Source: Tubulanus polymorphus (taxonomy: Eukaryota; Animalia; Nemertea). From it: a DNA stretch of 64,000 nucleotides. Numbering within the stretch: the stretch's first letter is position 1; each line of letters begins with the position of its first letter. The position numbers and the translations under genes were made by a program. Below the pieces are notes generated by a model. That model saw only the letters and a list, made by a program, of their open reading frames with translations, made no database searches and was not told the origin of the DNA. Location of the stretch: NCBI RefSeq assembly GCF_964204645.1, contig NC_134028.1, positions 19,775,145 through 19,839,144 on the forward strand. Direction: 5' to 3'. Of the stretch, positions 10,701 through 26,241 are shown piece after piece.

Positions 10701-12942
10701 GCCGTCAGGGCATAAACGTCAATTTTAGTTTACTTAGTAAATCTCAATCACTCAACTCATCCAATACAGAATATAGTTCCCCTCCCGCGTGCAGTAATCT
10801 CATGTAGCCATCTATTTTTACACCAAACAACTCACTCCGGCTGTAACGTAAAACTACGCGCAAAATTAATCCCGATAAAATTGAAATTCTCTATCGTTTT
10901 ATTATCACAAATAATCGTGAACAGCGGTCACGTGACACGCCACACCGGATTGTGTGACGTCAGCGAAATTAAATCACTGCGAGATAAAAATAAAAGCAGT
11001 GACAGATTGATTTTCGGATAAAATCAGATCGGGGAAGTTTATATCATATGAAATTAAAAGGAAATATTTTGATTTGTCTCGTATCGTTTTAGCGAACAGA
11101 ACCCGCTATCAAACGCGTTCTTAAAATCAACAAACTTCCAGCGAGCCGAATATAGATAGCCCGATGGGCTCGAATCCCAATATTTATAGAAAATATGAAT
11201 TGGATCAAATGCTCTCCTTTACATCAACAAACCGATTGGCTCGCATTCCATCACTTATCGTAAATATTGAACACTTTTTCTCTATTTTGTAACAACTTGT
11301 ACACATATCTAATTAGATATCACTACGGCGAGTGTTGTTCAAAGAGTTAAAGAGAATATCTGAGTTGGAAATATCCTAAAGCCTTCCAAACGATCAACAT
11401 AAGTCACAACCTATTTCTGTGGAGTTTTTTTGCTTTGTGCTTTCTGTTTGTCATCGACCGTCTGTTCCTTAGAAAAACATAAAGTTTCGTTTTATTTGAG
11501 AAGGCGGAATTTATTAGTAAATGAAAAAGCTGTTCGCAAAATGTGGAAAAATAGAAAACCGGTTTTATGTGATGTTGAACGAACAGATTTGCGGCCATTA
11601 AGGCGCTGAAGCGTCGCCGAGAAAGAATGAATAAAACAGATTTTAAAAATCATGGTTTCTTTATCTGCGCGAAAATTCATCGCCTGCGACAATAAAATCT
11701 GGTGGTACTTTATCATCCGAGGCAAATACCAGGGAAACAAAATACAGTCAGAGTGTTTTGTTTACGGTTGGATTTATACTTTGAATTATTCTGAGCTGTT
11801 TTTGGGCTCATCCGTCAACGGATAAACGAGTCGATTTTGTCAATTTTGATCAAACCGGTTTTTCGGGGTCGGTGTCAATATTTCAAACTCATATCTTTTA
11901 CAAAAGTCACTTCACTACAATAAACGATAAATATTCTCCATATTTTTCTGAATTCGGAATAACTTTTCAGGCTGTACACGCAGTTTATACCTGAAACCAG
12001 CGAGAACCTTCTTATAATATCGATCCAAGATTAAAACAAGAAGACTAACTGTTTTGTTGGACTTCAAACAGTGCAGTAAGCAAAACACCGCAGCGGCCGG
12101 AATAAAATCGGTTGGGTCTAATACGAGCCCGATATGCGAGTGCGTTTCATCTGTAATTACAATCTAGTAAAGTTACTATTCAACTCTATACACTCTACCG
12201 TATGCGACTGACACTGGCTACTTTATAATGGATTCGTTTTTGTCAGACGTTAGTTTCCCGTAGAGTGAACTCCCAGGAGGAGGCAGAAAGCAAGGCGATT
12301 CACATGCGGTGATTGTCACCGATATAACAAAGCGAAAACCGGTTCCTTTCACGAATCCGGTTGAAAGAAACATCGCTGGCGGAATTAGTGAATGCAGGGG
12401 TGTTATTAGAATCACGGCGAGCTGCTGGTCTCAACCGTCAGAGCGGGCGTGATTTAGACTGGACACAGGCTAATTACTACACATATCCATAAGGGGTTTC
12501 TCTTCCCACTCAAAGTGTTATCACCGGGCACTTCAATGACGCAATCATTCGAATTCTATTTGTAAAAAGTTTCAATTTCACACAATTTGCTAATTAAAAC
12601 GAGACTAGCAAGTGCGCATCGGATTACGTCACAATAATAACTGGGTATCTAGGGTGGTGAACAATAGGACTGTGAGGATTATGATTTAAACGCTATATGT
12701 TCGGCCCGACTACGCGTTTTAGTGAATGAAACCATTAAGAGATTACTAGGTGAACCACAAACCGCGCCATATGTGAATTCATCCGGAGATAGAACAGGTT
12801 CGACCCGTTACTCACGGCACAATATGTTCCTAAAATTCATCAAATTGTGTTAATAAATGCATTTTAACTACATGCAATAAAATTCCCCTTTTCCCTCCAC
12901 GACTTGTGACTGTGGGTTGCAATTTTGATACACGATACATTT

Positions 12943-13058
<116 letters not shown>

Positions 13059-16000
13059 GGCTCATTTTCACTTAGTGACTCCCTTAACCAAAGGATTTTA
13101 CATTACTTCCTAGCTGAATTGATAAATTTGTGAAACTGGACCCAGGGTTGAATCTAACTGTGGAACTGATATTTTGCTCTCATGGCTAGATGGGTTGAGA
13201 TTGTACTGAAACCTTTAAGCAAAATGATCTAATTTTGTAAGTCGACTCTCTTAATGAAGCTGTCAAAGTTATGATTGAGTCCATGTGGATATTGAGTGAG
13301 CACTGATTCATACCGAGGATATCCATTCAAACCAATATCATTATAATTGAATGATATCCTGCCTTGGAAAACCTCGTTATACGAAATTGACATTAGAAAA
13401 CGACGCGGCCTGCCTCTCCCCATCTTTCTCTCTCGCCCGCTACCTATTCACCGACTCGGGGTCTGGCGATGTATGTATCATACACAGAAATGATTTAATA
13501 CAATCTAACAACCATCTGTACCCGGATCTAAATAGATCCATTCGACCATACGTACATTTCTTACAGACTGATTGTAAGATGAGGTAATTTGTAATCGAAT
13601 CCTGAATGGATTAATGTGTATAGATCTATACTAACCGCAGACTGATTATATACAATACAGACTATTCCCCCTATTCTATTCCCACACGGGACCCTGAACT
13701 ATCTGTCTGGCATCTGTGAGGAGGTGACCAGTAGGTCTCTGTGATGTGACACATTGCCAACTTAATTCCTGCAGAACTCCGCATTGCTGTTTAATCCCTA
13801 TGAGTAACAAGTAACCAGTAACTATAGCCAGTAACCAGCAGCCAACAGCCAGCGGCCAAAACAGCCAGTAACCTGCACCTATACAGCTATACAGCTTCTA
13901 GGCATGACTAGAACAAAAAGGATATCCTTATGGTCCAAATTGCTCGCCCAGCCCCAAAATGTACCTTACCATAACATTCGCTCATCCAACCCTTACCCCA
14001 GCTGACTGTAACCATAATTTTAGCTGCAGGATGCTAGTCGAGCATAATCATAACCGCCGAGCTCAAGTGGCTGGCCGTTTTGAAGTGGTGGTGCGACCAT
14101 TTTAGCTGATCTGACCAGTCTGCTGCGGCGTGTTGATTCACAACCAATCATTCTTTGATTAATCCCCCATGGCCACAGCCCTAAGCACCGAGGGGGAGAA
14201 GAGAGAGGGAGGTGGGGGAGGGGAGAGACCAGAGAGATGAGAACCGAAGTGTGCGCGCAGTCAGCTCCAATCAGCCATCTACTAACCGTGCAATATGCGT
14301 TAGTGTGATAGCAGCGTGTTTAAAATTGCGTGATCCGCTTATGGAAATTAACTTATGTGAGATTGTATCAATAAATAGCTGAGCCTGAGATGAGTTTTAC
14401 CAGCAGAAGCCGCAGCAGCAGTAGAAGAAGCAGCAGCAGCTACCCTCTGATCACGCGCTATCACACAGTAACTCTTAGCATATTACACTCATCTATTAAA
14501 CTGACAAAATGCCGTCTGTTAAAAGCCTTGTTTATGGGATGCGTTTCCCTAGAAGGGATGAAATCATGTTCTGAGAATATTGTGACAATTTATAATAGTG
14601 CGAAGTCCGACATGTTACTGCTAGTTTGAGATAGCGCCTAAAAGAAGCAGGGCATCACCCCTCTCTTAAAATAAATCACGATATTTGAATTAATTTAGCG
14701 TACGGTTGTTGTATCTTCGCGAATTCTTCTTCTGTTATTTGATATACAAACTGCCTTCCCCTCCAGATAAACTACCGCCAAACGCCAGGTACTTTTCTCA
14801 TAACGGAACATCTGAATTTTGTCTTGGAACTAGTAATACATAACCTCGATATACCATATCATACAGTCATACAGTCATGACTGGAATCTTAAAACACTTG
14901 GAAGCTCGAAAAGATCATTGGAATTAATTCTTAAGCTACGACGGTTTGTAATTGAAGTCGTGAGAGTGCGATGATTGGAAAATAAAGGATTCGAAGATTG
15001 CCACAAGAAAATATAAGAAAATAAGATTTCAATCAGATTTTCAATCAGAGCAATTCAGAACCCAGTCTCACTGTTGTGACTTAAGATTACGTAGATGGCT
15101 AGACTCTGAATAATAACAATTTTTACATCGAACTGATTTTGACAAGCCCAAAATAGTCAGATAATTATCAATAATTAACCAACTAAAAAAACTCGGTCCA
15201 GAACTATGGAACTGTGACAGATTTATGACAGATTTATGAGTGGTCAATCATATAAAATAGGTTGATTAATTGATAGTTCTTATACGATATTCATAAAACG
15301 GTTATCGTCAAGGTTCGACTATACGAGTTGAAAAAAAAGTTAATCATCATGTTTCATCTCGAAGTCAAATTTCAAATGAGAATCGTCGTGTATCTGCCCC
15401 TCCTGTATCACGAGTCGTCCCCCGTCGTGGTAACGACCTCAGTCGGGTTACAATCAACCCCTTTTTAGTGATGCTTGGTTTAAGCTAGAATATATATCAA
15501 AAATGCAGAATCATCTTAATTCGACTCACCGTTTATTAGTATTTGAGATAAACGCGGTTTAAAGTTCCGTTGATTTTGAGCTCATTGAATAAAAACTGTT
15601 CGAGGAGACAGAGTCTGTCTGTGCGAGCGAGCGAGGAGTATCCGTGTGTCTATTCGGCTACATCCACTGTGCATGACTGACTGTCTCTGGCTCTCTCGTC
15701 ACATCACAGACAGCCGCTGCTCGTCGCTGATTGGTCAGTTTTATAATGGCTGCTGTGTGTGGCTTTATAAACAGATGTTGTCGACTCGTGTCCCTCTCTA
15801 AAGTCTTCACAGTCGCGTTCGCAACTAAATTTCATGTCGACGCTAGGTCTCTCCGTCTCTCGCGCTCTCTCTCGAGATGTGGGCACGATAAAAAACTTGT
15901 TAATTGTAAAATTCTTTATTCATTGGTCGGAAATTATTTTGTAACGTGTACACATTTTCAAATTGGGTCCTGGATGGGTCTATTCAGATACAGCTCACTG

Positions 16001-16760
16001 CTGGGCCCTTATTACCATAGTACATTTCCTGGGCAGAGTCATTCCGTTCCATCATTGATGGAATTTAGAGAATGTTTTCATAAGCACACTTTTGTCTGGA
16101 GGCTTCGTTTTATTATTAAAGTTAATTATTTGTGGAATTCGCGACAATATTGTCGTATCCGGGTAACACTAAACGGTGGATTAAACATTGAACGGAGTTA
16201 AGATAACACCCGAGTTTAAATTTACATCTGTCGTAGTTCGCATTGTGCTCATGCTGCATTCAGTCAATAATGGTTTTTATTCATTCTTTAGTTAAAATCT
16301 GTCAAGATTGTTCTTTGGAAAAACTGCGACTTGGTCGGTCGCGTCGAGACTGCTGTAAATATTTCACCACCGATTTGAGAATATGGGAACTCGGTAGCGT
16401 TGACACCGAAAGTTGCAAAAATCAAGAAAAACGAAGGTTTTCGAAATAAATTTCAGTAATTGATTATCCTCTTTTATTCACTTTAAGCTGCTATATTTTT
16501 TTAGCATACTGATGTATTTGAATATCTCTGAATTTATCTATTCTCTATCGGCCAATTACTACATTTAGTATATTTAGCGTTCCTTTTTCAGGGTTTCAGT
16601 TTATACAAGCCTTGCTTTTTCTGAATATTACAACATTAAATGTATTATCTTGCATACTGTACACATTGTTGCAGCTTATTCCTGAAATGAATAGATAAAC
16701 GTGATTAACCCCGGTACCGAGTACTGTCTACTATACTAGTAAAATTATTAGATATTGTGA

Positions 16761-16885
16761 TAGTTAGGTGCATTCTTGAGTATTAATCTTTGAGTTCGGC
16801 CGTCTAGCGTGTTTGTTGTTTGTGCTGAAAAAAGGCAAAGCCGAAATACATACTCAAAGAATATTCTCAAGAATGTACTTCACTA
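16761..16885. mobile_element. small MITE-like inverted repeat
   Basis: 16761-16800 is an imperfect reverse complement of 16840-16885. Confidence 0.5.
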
Positions 16886-19800
16886 CGCTGTTGATTACAT
16901 TCCAACTTGAGAGACACAATTGTTCTTATAGTTGAGTTTATAATTTACAATATCAAACACTACACTTACGTACGTAATTTTCGAGCCCGTAGGTGAGTTT
17001 CACTTATTCAGATTAAATGGTTTCTTAATGGTTCACAAAATACTACTTTATTCAATAGAGTAGTTTCCTACAAGTGAAATTCAATCTGTACCTGTAATTA
17101 AAGTGTCGCAAACTGGTCTCAGGAGATTTCGCTCAATTGTGTCATTGTTCATTGAGAGAGGAGCGAAAGTGTCGTTCTCATCACCCGACTTCGAGCATCG
17201 AAAGAATAGAAATATCTAATATAGAATCGTGGGAATCGTTGATGATCGAATATTCTATCCATCAAAGATACATAAGGCTCTGAAGGAGTCTGGGTAAAGG
17301 TCTGTGTGGGGATCTACGAATATTGAGAGGGAGCCTGAGAGTTCAGACATTGAAATACTTAGCCATATTATGTATGTATTTATCTTTCATAAGCCATAAT
17401 ACAATACAAATACACGTTCATTTTGAACAAATACGTATATGTATATATTTACGAGAGATCCAGTGTGCTAGCCAGCAAGCTGAGGTGCAGAGTCGTCCAT
17501 CACGGTACCGAAGGACACCCACAGTATGGCACGTAGCCAGTAGGCTGAAGCACCCGACCCCGATAAATTACATAGATCTATAATATTGAAAGTTTTCTTT
17601 GATAATGACTTGTATATCTATTCATGTTTTGAATTTTCTGTTTGAGAAGTTGCTCTCGGCCTCCTACACACTGTAGTCAAATCCTGATAGCATCGGATCA
17701 GAAATCTCGAATCAAATTAAGCATCCAGCAGAACTTTCTGCAGGTATGAATATGTCTATATTTGGCACCGTCTCTCGGGGCAGTAATTTCATATCTGAGG
17801 CACATATTTCAAGGGTCGTTCGTTTTCAATTATTTTTCTAGATAAAAATCAATGTCTTTGTGCGCTGTATTTTAACGGGTGACGTTCTCTATTGTTCGAG
17901 GAATGTGGATTTTTTTCTAAGACTCCCGCTAAAAGTTGACTTTGATCTGATAAAAATCTGCAAAAGCTTCTTGAAATTAGACTCGATTGAATCGAATGTT
18001 TTACGGTTCGACAAACATGAATTAAAAACCGATATAATCTCAACCACAAACCGGGTCGGACACGAGGGTACGCCCTGTCCTCACAAGGGTACCAGTCTAT
18101 TCAGAACATCTTTGATCTAGTTTATACCGACACCCAGAGTAACTAACAAATCAAATAAACTTGTTATGATTACGGTTTTAGAAGAGGATTATCAATTATA
18201 GGTGGTAGATTTGACCGACTCGGTGAGTGGAGGGGGGTTAATTGAATCAACTTCTCTCAAATTTTGCACATTTCGAAGCGGAGTTGAAATTCAACGCAAG
18301 ACAATCTCAATATTGCAGTAAATGAATTATCTCGATTTACCTGAGGATGAGCGTACAAGGTACGTATGCAAGAGTTATGAGGTGCCAATGTCCTGTTGCC
18401 ATGATCTGCTAGTTGAAACTGGGGCACTGGCCAATTAGATATTCTTTATAATTACCGTAATTGGAGATGCTGTGACCTCTTTGATTGAGGGTGAAGATCA
18501 TTTCGCATTCATTTGTATTTCATCGTGTTGTAGGCCTATCATAGAAATGTACTTTTTGATATGATATACTAATAACTAACTAATTGAAAACCAACACAAT
18601 TTTGCGTATGTACGTTATGAACGCTTAATGATCAGAAATATGAGATGTGAATATAGCATACACGGTGTTGTTATTTATGCCATCTTAGAAACGAAGTGTA
18701 TATTTATTTCATTGTAAAACAGCATTCAGTAGTAATACAATGAATATGAATTGAAGTTTACAGTGTAAATAAATCCCCGTGTGTATTTAAAGGCTAAATG
18801 AGTTTCTATTGATGATGAATTGATTCGAGATTCATCGACGCATCGAAATCAGATGCAAACATCTTTATAAACTTCACATTTCAAATTTAATTTTCTCGTG
18901 TCGCGGGATAGACAGCAGAGAGATACACGTAATGAATTAGATTTGTATGAGATCTCCGGGTGAAATGCATATGTCAGAGTTGATCTGTACAAGGATTCAA
19001 TATTGTGACAGTTTCACCATTATATTCATTTTAGTTCTGCTACATAAACTCAGAAGATGTTCTCTCGCCTGTATCGAGGCTGTGCGCTGTAGAATAACAT
19101 GATCTTCTCCATATTTCAAAATCAGACAATATCTCGTGTCGCGATGAGCACGCAGCAGAAAATCGGTTATCTTTGTTTAAAAAGCAGCCCTGATTCAAAT
19201 CATGTAAGCAGACCAAGGATTAACAGTTCGTGCAATTTCCAGTCTCCAATTTCAATGGGGTGCCCACAAAACCACCTATCCCACCGATGGTGTGACGATC
19301 AGTAGGTCGTCAGTTGTCAAAATTAGTTCATTTTCATTGAACTTTGAACTGGATTTTTAGACTCCTCAATCCATATATTATCACAGCACCCTTCAAATCT
19401 ACAAAACTTTCATTCTTCTAATCGGATATCGGTATAGTTTTCTTAAATAAATGATTCATTTAAGAAAAAGCTCCATTTAGATTGAATTAAAATGTAGAAG
19501 AAATCGAACGCGAACGATCAACCATCTACTAGCGAACCTGGCGGATTCTCGCCTGCCATACGTGGAATCCTCAAATGCTACTGTAGCACTGCGGGTACCC
19601 TATTACGTTGCAGATCTGAGTTTGGTTTCAATTGAGTTAGAATTACCTGTAATGATAATAACTATGATAATGTCATTTATATAGCGTAGGTATCATGAAT
19701 AGAGTCTAGTTCAAATGCGCTCCAAATTGGCATCATTACCCCCAGCCTATAACTCTATTCCACGTATCAGTCATCTCTCCCTGGGTAATCATTGAATTCC

Positions 19801-20568
19801 AAGGAATAAGTAAGACATCTTGCTTGAAATAATTGTTAACATGCGAGCAACTACATGTACATAGTTCATTTCCAAACCCTGACCCGTGGAATGGGCCCAA
19901 GGGCTTTTGTTTTTTTTTCGTATGATTTAGTGCCCCTTTCAACAAACCCACAACACCTGCAGGGAGCGATACAGGGGGTTTAATTGTAAATAGGAAATCG
20001 AAATGCAGATGTGATCGGAGGGCGAATTTACAGAATAAGGGGTTTAGGCGAACCCGAGGCTTAACTTAATCATTTCAGTATAAACTGGTCTATATTTAGA
20101 ACGGGGCCTAGCTTTGTATAGCAAGATCAATGTACTAGGATGTTACATTATACTCCCAGAAAGCAGCTGAAAGGGAAGAATAAGTAGAGTGGCGATGGAT
20201 AATATCATCATCCCGTACTGACACACACTCGCCACTCAGAGATAACAAGCAGCAGCAGGAATCTGTGATGGAGATATTGTTTTCAATAGAGATTGATGAA
20301 CAACGTCCCTTAAAGAACCGTATTACAGATGATACCAGATCAATTACTCCATAAAACATACATTCTGATGAACTACGGTTATAATTGTCCCCGTCTCCGT
20401 ACTCCCTCCGCGGATGATTCCTATCAGGGTTTGCAGAGAAGAGGGGAGAGGGGTTTGGTTCCGTGAATGATATACTGGTCAAAACTATTGATATATGATG
20501 TAAACCAATGATTCTCTAAAAATTCTCTAATGGTCTCAAACACTACTGAAGATTAACCGAATCACTCC

Positions 20569-20680
20569 TGGGTCCAGTTCCACAGTTCTGAGTTCAGATT
20601 TAACTCAGAAATAACTCATTGAAAATGAACTAGCTTTAACTCAGAGTTAACACTAACTCACAACTGTCGAACTGGATCCA
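20569..20680. mobile_element. short MITE, family A
   Basis: TIRs CTGGGTCCAGTTCCACAGTT...AACTGTCGAACTGGATCCAG with TTAACTC repeats inside; relatives near 1300, 13130, 38120, 43090-43250, 48500-48753, 51505, 58530-58930 and 63700. Confidence 0.75.
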
Positions 20681-21484
20681 GATCTATTAATAATAATATG
20701 GATAACTATTACGTTGTTGATTGAACATGCTATTTTAATCGGTCAAAACGCGCTGGTTTTTAAGGAAATTTCTATACTTTTCATAATATATTTCTTAATC
20801 TTAATCTAATTGTTTTTGGAATATTTCAAGTACCTAGCGTGACGAATATTTCATTTTCGGAACTTCTGAGGTACGTAAGCTGAGGTGGCCTTATAAAAAA
20901 TATCCTTTCATTGACTGGGTGTAAATTCATCGGTATAAACAGTATGGATACACTTTGATACAGCTTAAGTATCGGGGATACTCGTCATGTTGTGATCGAA
21001 TGAGATTATTTGTGGTGACAGAATGTGAGAATCTCAATTTTATACATGACCGATTCTCAATCTGACCGCCTGCCTGCGTCAGTAGCACTCAATCACGTGA
21101 TGATAAACACAAACCGCAGACGGCTTTCCGACACCGTGATCACGTGATGCAATATACCGATAACCTTTTCAAATATACATCCGCGCGCATGCGCATCTCA
21201 TGTCGGCAGCATCTTTTTACAGAAGATTCGTTTTTGTTGTCGGCGCGTCATGAATAGATATCGAATATAACTAATCTATTTGTGTATAGAATATTGCTAA
21301 TAGACTGGTTCTGCGGGTCGAATAGACTGGTTCCGCGGGTCAACTCCGCCAAGATTTACAATATGCACAAAGCGATAGGCGCAATATATACGGGTAACCA
21401 AGCATGGAAACTTTGTAATTAGCTGCTGACTGCTGCGAGCAGAAGAACACTGTCCCCTGATAATCAGTAGCCACTGATCATATT

Positions 21485-21955
21485 CCTCTGTACTCAATCT
21501 CGGTGTAACATATTTCTGTATTCAACTCGGTGTAACATATTTCTGTATTCAGACTCGGTGTAACATATTTCTGTGCTCAGGCTCGGTGTGACATTTTCTG
21601 TACTCAGACTCGGTGTAACATATTTCTGTACTCAGACTCGGTGTGACATATTTCTGTACTCAGACTCGGTGTAACATATTTCTGTACTCAGACTCTCGGT
21701 GTAACATATTTCTGTACTCAGAATCGGTGTTACATATTTCTGTACTCAGACTCGGTGTAACATATTTCTGTACTTTAGACTCGGTGTAACATATTTCTGT
21801 ACTCAGACTCGGTGTGACATATTTCTGTACTCAGACTCGGTGTAACATATTTCTGTACTCAAACTCGGTGTGACATATTTCTGTACTCAAACTCGGTGAA
21901 ACATATTTCTGTACTCAGACTCGGTGTAACATATTTCTGTACTCAGTGTAACATA
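21485..21955. repeat. 28-bp minisatellite
   Basis: Unit CTCGGTGTAACATATTTCTGTACTCAGA, about 16-17 head-to-tail copies, no spacers. Confidence 0.96.
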
Positions 21956-24900
21956 TTCACGGATGGCTCTAGGAGTTCACTTAGGGGGAGCATTTGTTAA
22001 TCGGGACCCATGATCTCAGGACAACGAGAGGGTCTGAGTGGTTTCCCCAAGAAGATTTTCAAAAATGAAGCCCCCCAGAAGCATTTTCGAGACATCTTGA
22101 AATCACTTTCAGGCAAGAAACAAAAAAATGCATAGATTATTGAACTATAGAGAGTTGATTTTATATTATCATTTCGATTGAAACAAAGTATTTGCATTTG
22201 CAACCATAGAGAAAACTAAACAGCTAGCCTAATGATTCTTAATACATCCATACACTGTCAAGAATAAAAACTACGGGAGATCAAATCTAAAAATCTAAAA
22301 TAGTTGGATAGAACAAGATTGCTTACGAAACAACATATTATTTACATTAGCACCAATAGAGAAAAACAGACACACAATGGAACACTGATCTTAGAATTTA
22401 GGGTGTCCATTCGATGACTATGAAACGGGTGATGATGCGGCGGTAGTCCATGCTTCACTGAAAATAGTTTATCTGAGACCATTGAATTGAGAAGTATGCG
22501 ATTAAAAGGTTGGTCCAGAATTGTTTTCTGACACTTTTAGGGTGAGCCCGGGTCCAGTGCTCCCATACTCTGCCCTGATATTTCCAGTCATCGGGCGAGG
22601 AAATCATGACGCATGCGCATCCACTTCAACCCGCCATATGGCCACGTGTTCGTCAAATAAAACATAAGTGTAGCTCAGAGCTTCATTGTACCACCGCCAC
22701 CGCGCCGCGCCGCGCTATTATAATCAAATCCCGGAACAACTGTGGAGTAAATTGTTTTGTTATTCAAATTTAATTCTGATTAATCTCGGAATAGCATCTG
22801 ATATTTGACATGTCTAATTGAGATCTGTTTGATGCTCTGCCTTTTTACGCCGGGCGCTGTGAACTACTAGCAGAAAATATAGACCGATTTTACTGCGCTC
22901 AACAATTTCGCTTTCCCGAGTTATTGAAAAAGTAAGAATGATTATCGCAACTCTTTACGAGAAATATCATTGAAAAGATTGGATACAAGTGGTACGGTGG
23001 TCCCGAAGAGAATACCGATCTCTCTTGGATGATAACAATGATATTTGCAAAAGGCCAATACACTTTCCAACATTTTTTGCACTTTGACATATCGAGGTTA
23101 CACCGCCTTTCTACCTCCATAACCCTGTAAAATAAGGAAGTTTTAACCTTCATCGTTTTCATATACCGTTTTTTTAAACCACGCGAAGTTTCCAGCAATT
23201 ATGTATCTAAGCTTTATTTGTAATTCTTAAAATCAGGACTCGAACCCACCCGCGACTAGCTGAAAGCGATATAACAAAAAAGTCGTTGAGAAATACGTTT
23301 TTTATTCCTTATCAAACAACAAACAGTCTGTACGCATAACTACTTAAACCAGTAATATAGATAATCCTGATTAATAACTCTTCTGTTACTCCGGCGATTA
23401 AACCTCTTACTCCTGTATTTAATACAATATGACTATAATAAAGATGATTATTGTCCGCGTGTATTTTTGTGGTTTAGTTTTGAGCAGCTTGTTTTTATCG
23501 CCTGGGCGACACACTGTTTTAATGTCTGTTCCTAAATATAAGTCAATATCTGTAAAACTAAGATAAAACACAGTAATCGCTATATGAGTGGTAACAATCA
23601 GAGTGTGCCTGGTGGTCATAACACCTAGTTTAGTTTCAGTTTATACGCGACAAACACTTTACCCGTAAAAATGTAGAAGAAATTAATACAACCGCCTTAT
23701 GTACATAGCAACGCATTGCCCTTGACGACCGATAACTCATCGACATACATAATTCAAAGAAAAAATACAACCATTTTCAGTGGCATTTTCCCTGTTTGCT
23801 GAAATTTGTCTGATTCACCAATTTCATTCGAAAATTTAACCAAGTATTGTTGAACAAAGGTGAAACTGGTTCTAACTGGCTTTGGGGTTTCGGCGTGAGT
23901 CCTTCCTAGTCACTGGTGGTTTTCTCATGAATACTCCATTCAGTACATCGAATTCGCGATGACTAGAATTCAAAAAGCATTTGAATTTTAATCTATTATA
24001 AATTGTATAATTAAAGCGACCGTTGAATCCATAAAACTCGAGTCCTCTATCGCTCAATCTGGTAATTACAAACAACTCATAAATCTTATCTGAACACAAT
24101 TGATCCGTCACATAAAACTTCAAGTCTATAATTACTAAATCCATCTAAAAATTTCTCGAATTACAACATAACCCACCCTTGACTCCAAAAGAGAATGACG
24201 GTATCCTTGACCCATAGAACATTCACCGATATTTAAAACAGATTGAAATAGTGGTGATTATCATTTTATCTCGACACAATCTGTGAGATTGATTGAGTTG
24301 ATAAAACTGCCCGGTATTAAAACAGGTATATCCACTATTGTTACTCCGTAGTGAATAGAACAGCTGATCCCGAGTTCCAAGCAGGAATCTTTTTATGTAA
24401 ATCATGTTTTGGTAAATGGGTGCATATTTTTCTCATTGTCCTTATCCACTAGCACCCCGAAGGCTGGGGGGTTTCGCAAGGGGGAACTTTGCTCCTCTCA
24501 CTAATTCAGATTAGAGGTGGCGCAGTGAAAGCAGTTAAAGTTGATTTAAGTATAGAGAAAAATCATCCACGTGTTTCATCGAAGTGTGAATCAACTTAAA
24601 CAGAGAAATTTTGTAAATTCACAACTCACTAAAACCTGAATCAGAGTTTTACATTTCAAACCTTGTGTGTATCCCCAAAACCCCATTTCCTCTAGTTCTA
24701 GTTGGTGCATTATTTCAACCCTCTCGCTCTGCTCTCTGTTTAGGGCTTATTCACATAATTGTGTCTGGTTGAATTTTTTTTGTGTCATTGTAATTCACAG
24801 CATTAGGTATGAATTAGAAGGTAATTGTATTGTATACGGCTGTAACCCTGTGATGTCAATGTATTATTAGCGCTAGTTATACCGCTGAGACCAACTGGGC

Positions 24901-26241
24901 ACACATTTCTACCATACTGGGCTCCAACTGAGCTTTCTAAAAACAAGTTTGCCTTTAACGGTTAGAGTCTGACTGCGAGTGGCGACCAGACTGCGGCTCG
25001 AAACGTAGCTAATCATAGCTTTAATCCGTGCTAATTCCGTATTGAAAAATCACACCAGGGCTCACAATAGGCGACGAAACAGTCACGCTGTCAAAAAACA
25101 GCTAGATATTTCCAAACCGTTCACTAAGAATTCATAAAACCGGACCGTGCAATCTAAGTCGATTATTTGGCACCTGTCGGTCAGTTTTGTCCGAGAGGTG
25201 ATTGGGGTTCGGCAATGTGAATTTGATAGATTTTCTATTGAAAAAATGCATCTTTTTGATAGAGAATGTTTTTTTTTTCTTAAAGAAAAATTGTTCTAAG
25301 ATTTCTGTTCGAGTTTTTAGATGCAATCACTCGGATGAAAAGATTCCAATCAAAAGGAGTTTACTGTATTCTGCTGTATAACTGTATTGATGTATAGAAT
25401 ATAGCCTTTTTACATTCCTTCCGATTCACTTGTTTTTTTTTTGTATATGAACATTTTGTGATTTGTAGACTTTCACTAAGCGAACGGCTCGGGTTTTTAT
25501 TGATTGATTGATGATGTCATGTAATGGGAAAATATGATATGCGCTGTAAACGGGAAGAATAGTGACTAACAATGTGAGGAGCAGACGCCGCCAGTAACGA
25601 ACTGCTGGTCATATGCAGATTGGATAAATAGACATCAGGAATGGTCAAGCGGTCAAGTAAACTAGTGACCTTATTCCGAAAGTATTACTGATTGAATCAG
25701 AGCCGATCGATAATGCTAACTACTGTTTGTACATACATGCTTTGATATGTGCGTGTATATATTCGTTTAAAAAGACATCTTGCTATAATATGATTGTAAG
25801 AACTGTACTAAATGTATTCCCTTTTTTTCTGGTATATGTTGTCATGGAACTAAAGATAAATCACATTGTCTGTCCTTTTGAAATGGTGGTTGTCCGATGG
25901 TGTGTGGTACGCATTCTCCACCGTCCAGTCTTGTTACCATAATTTTAAGAAACAGCGTTTTGAAATATCTTACTTATTTCATTGGATTTCAATGATGACT
26001 CCCCTTTTATTCTATCGAGCGATGAACTATACACTGAATACACGTTTATACAATTATTACGGACACGCAATTTTTGAATAATGTTTAACAATATGCATTC
26101 TCTTTATACGGTGTATTTACGAATATATATTGCTTCTAATATGGGCGGAATATGTACATTTTTCAAACATATAGATGCATGTAATATGTATTCAGATATT
26201 TGTATTTGCAATCAACAACTGTGAGATATATAGATTATGAA

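Noticed and set aside
21485-21955. CRISPR-like array (28-bp repeats)
   Set aside because: Units are head-to-tail without unique spacers, there are no cas genes, and the context is eukaryotic; it is a minisatellite.
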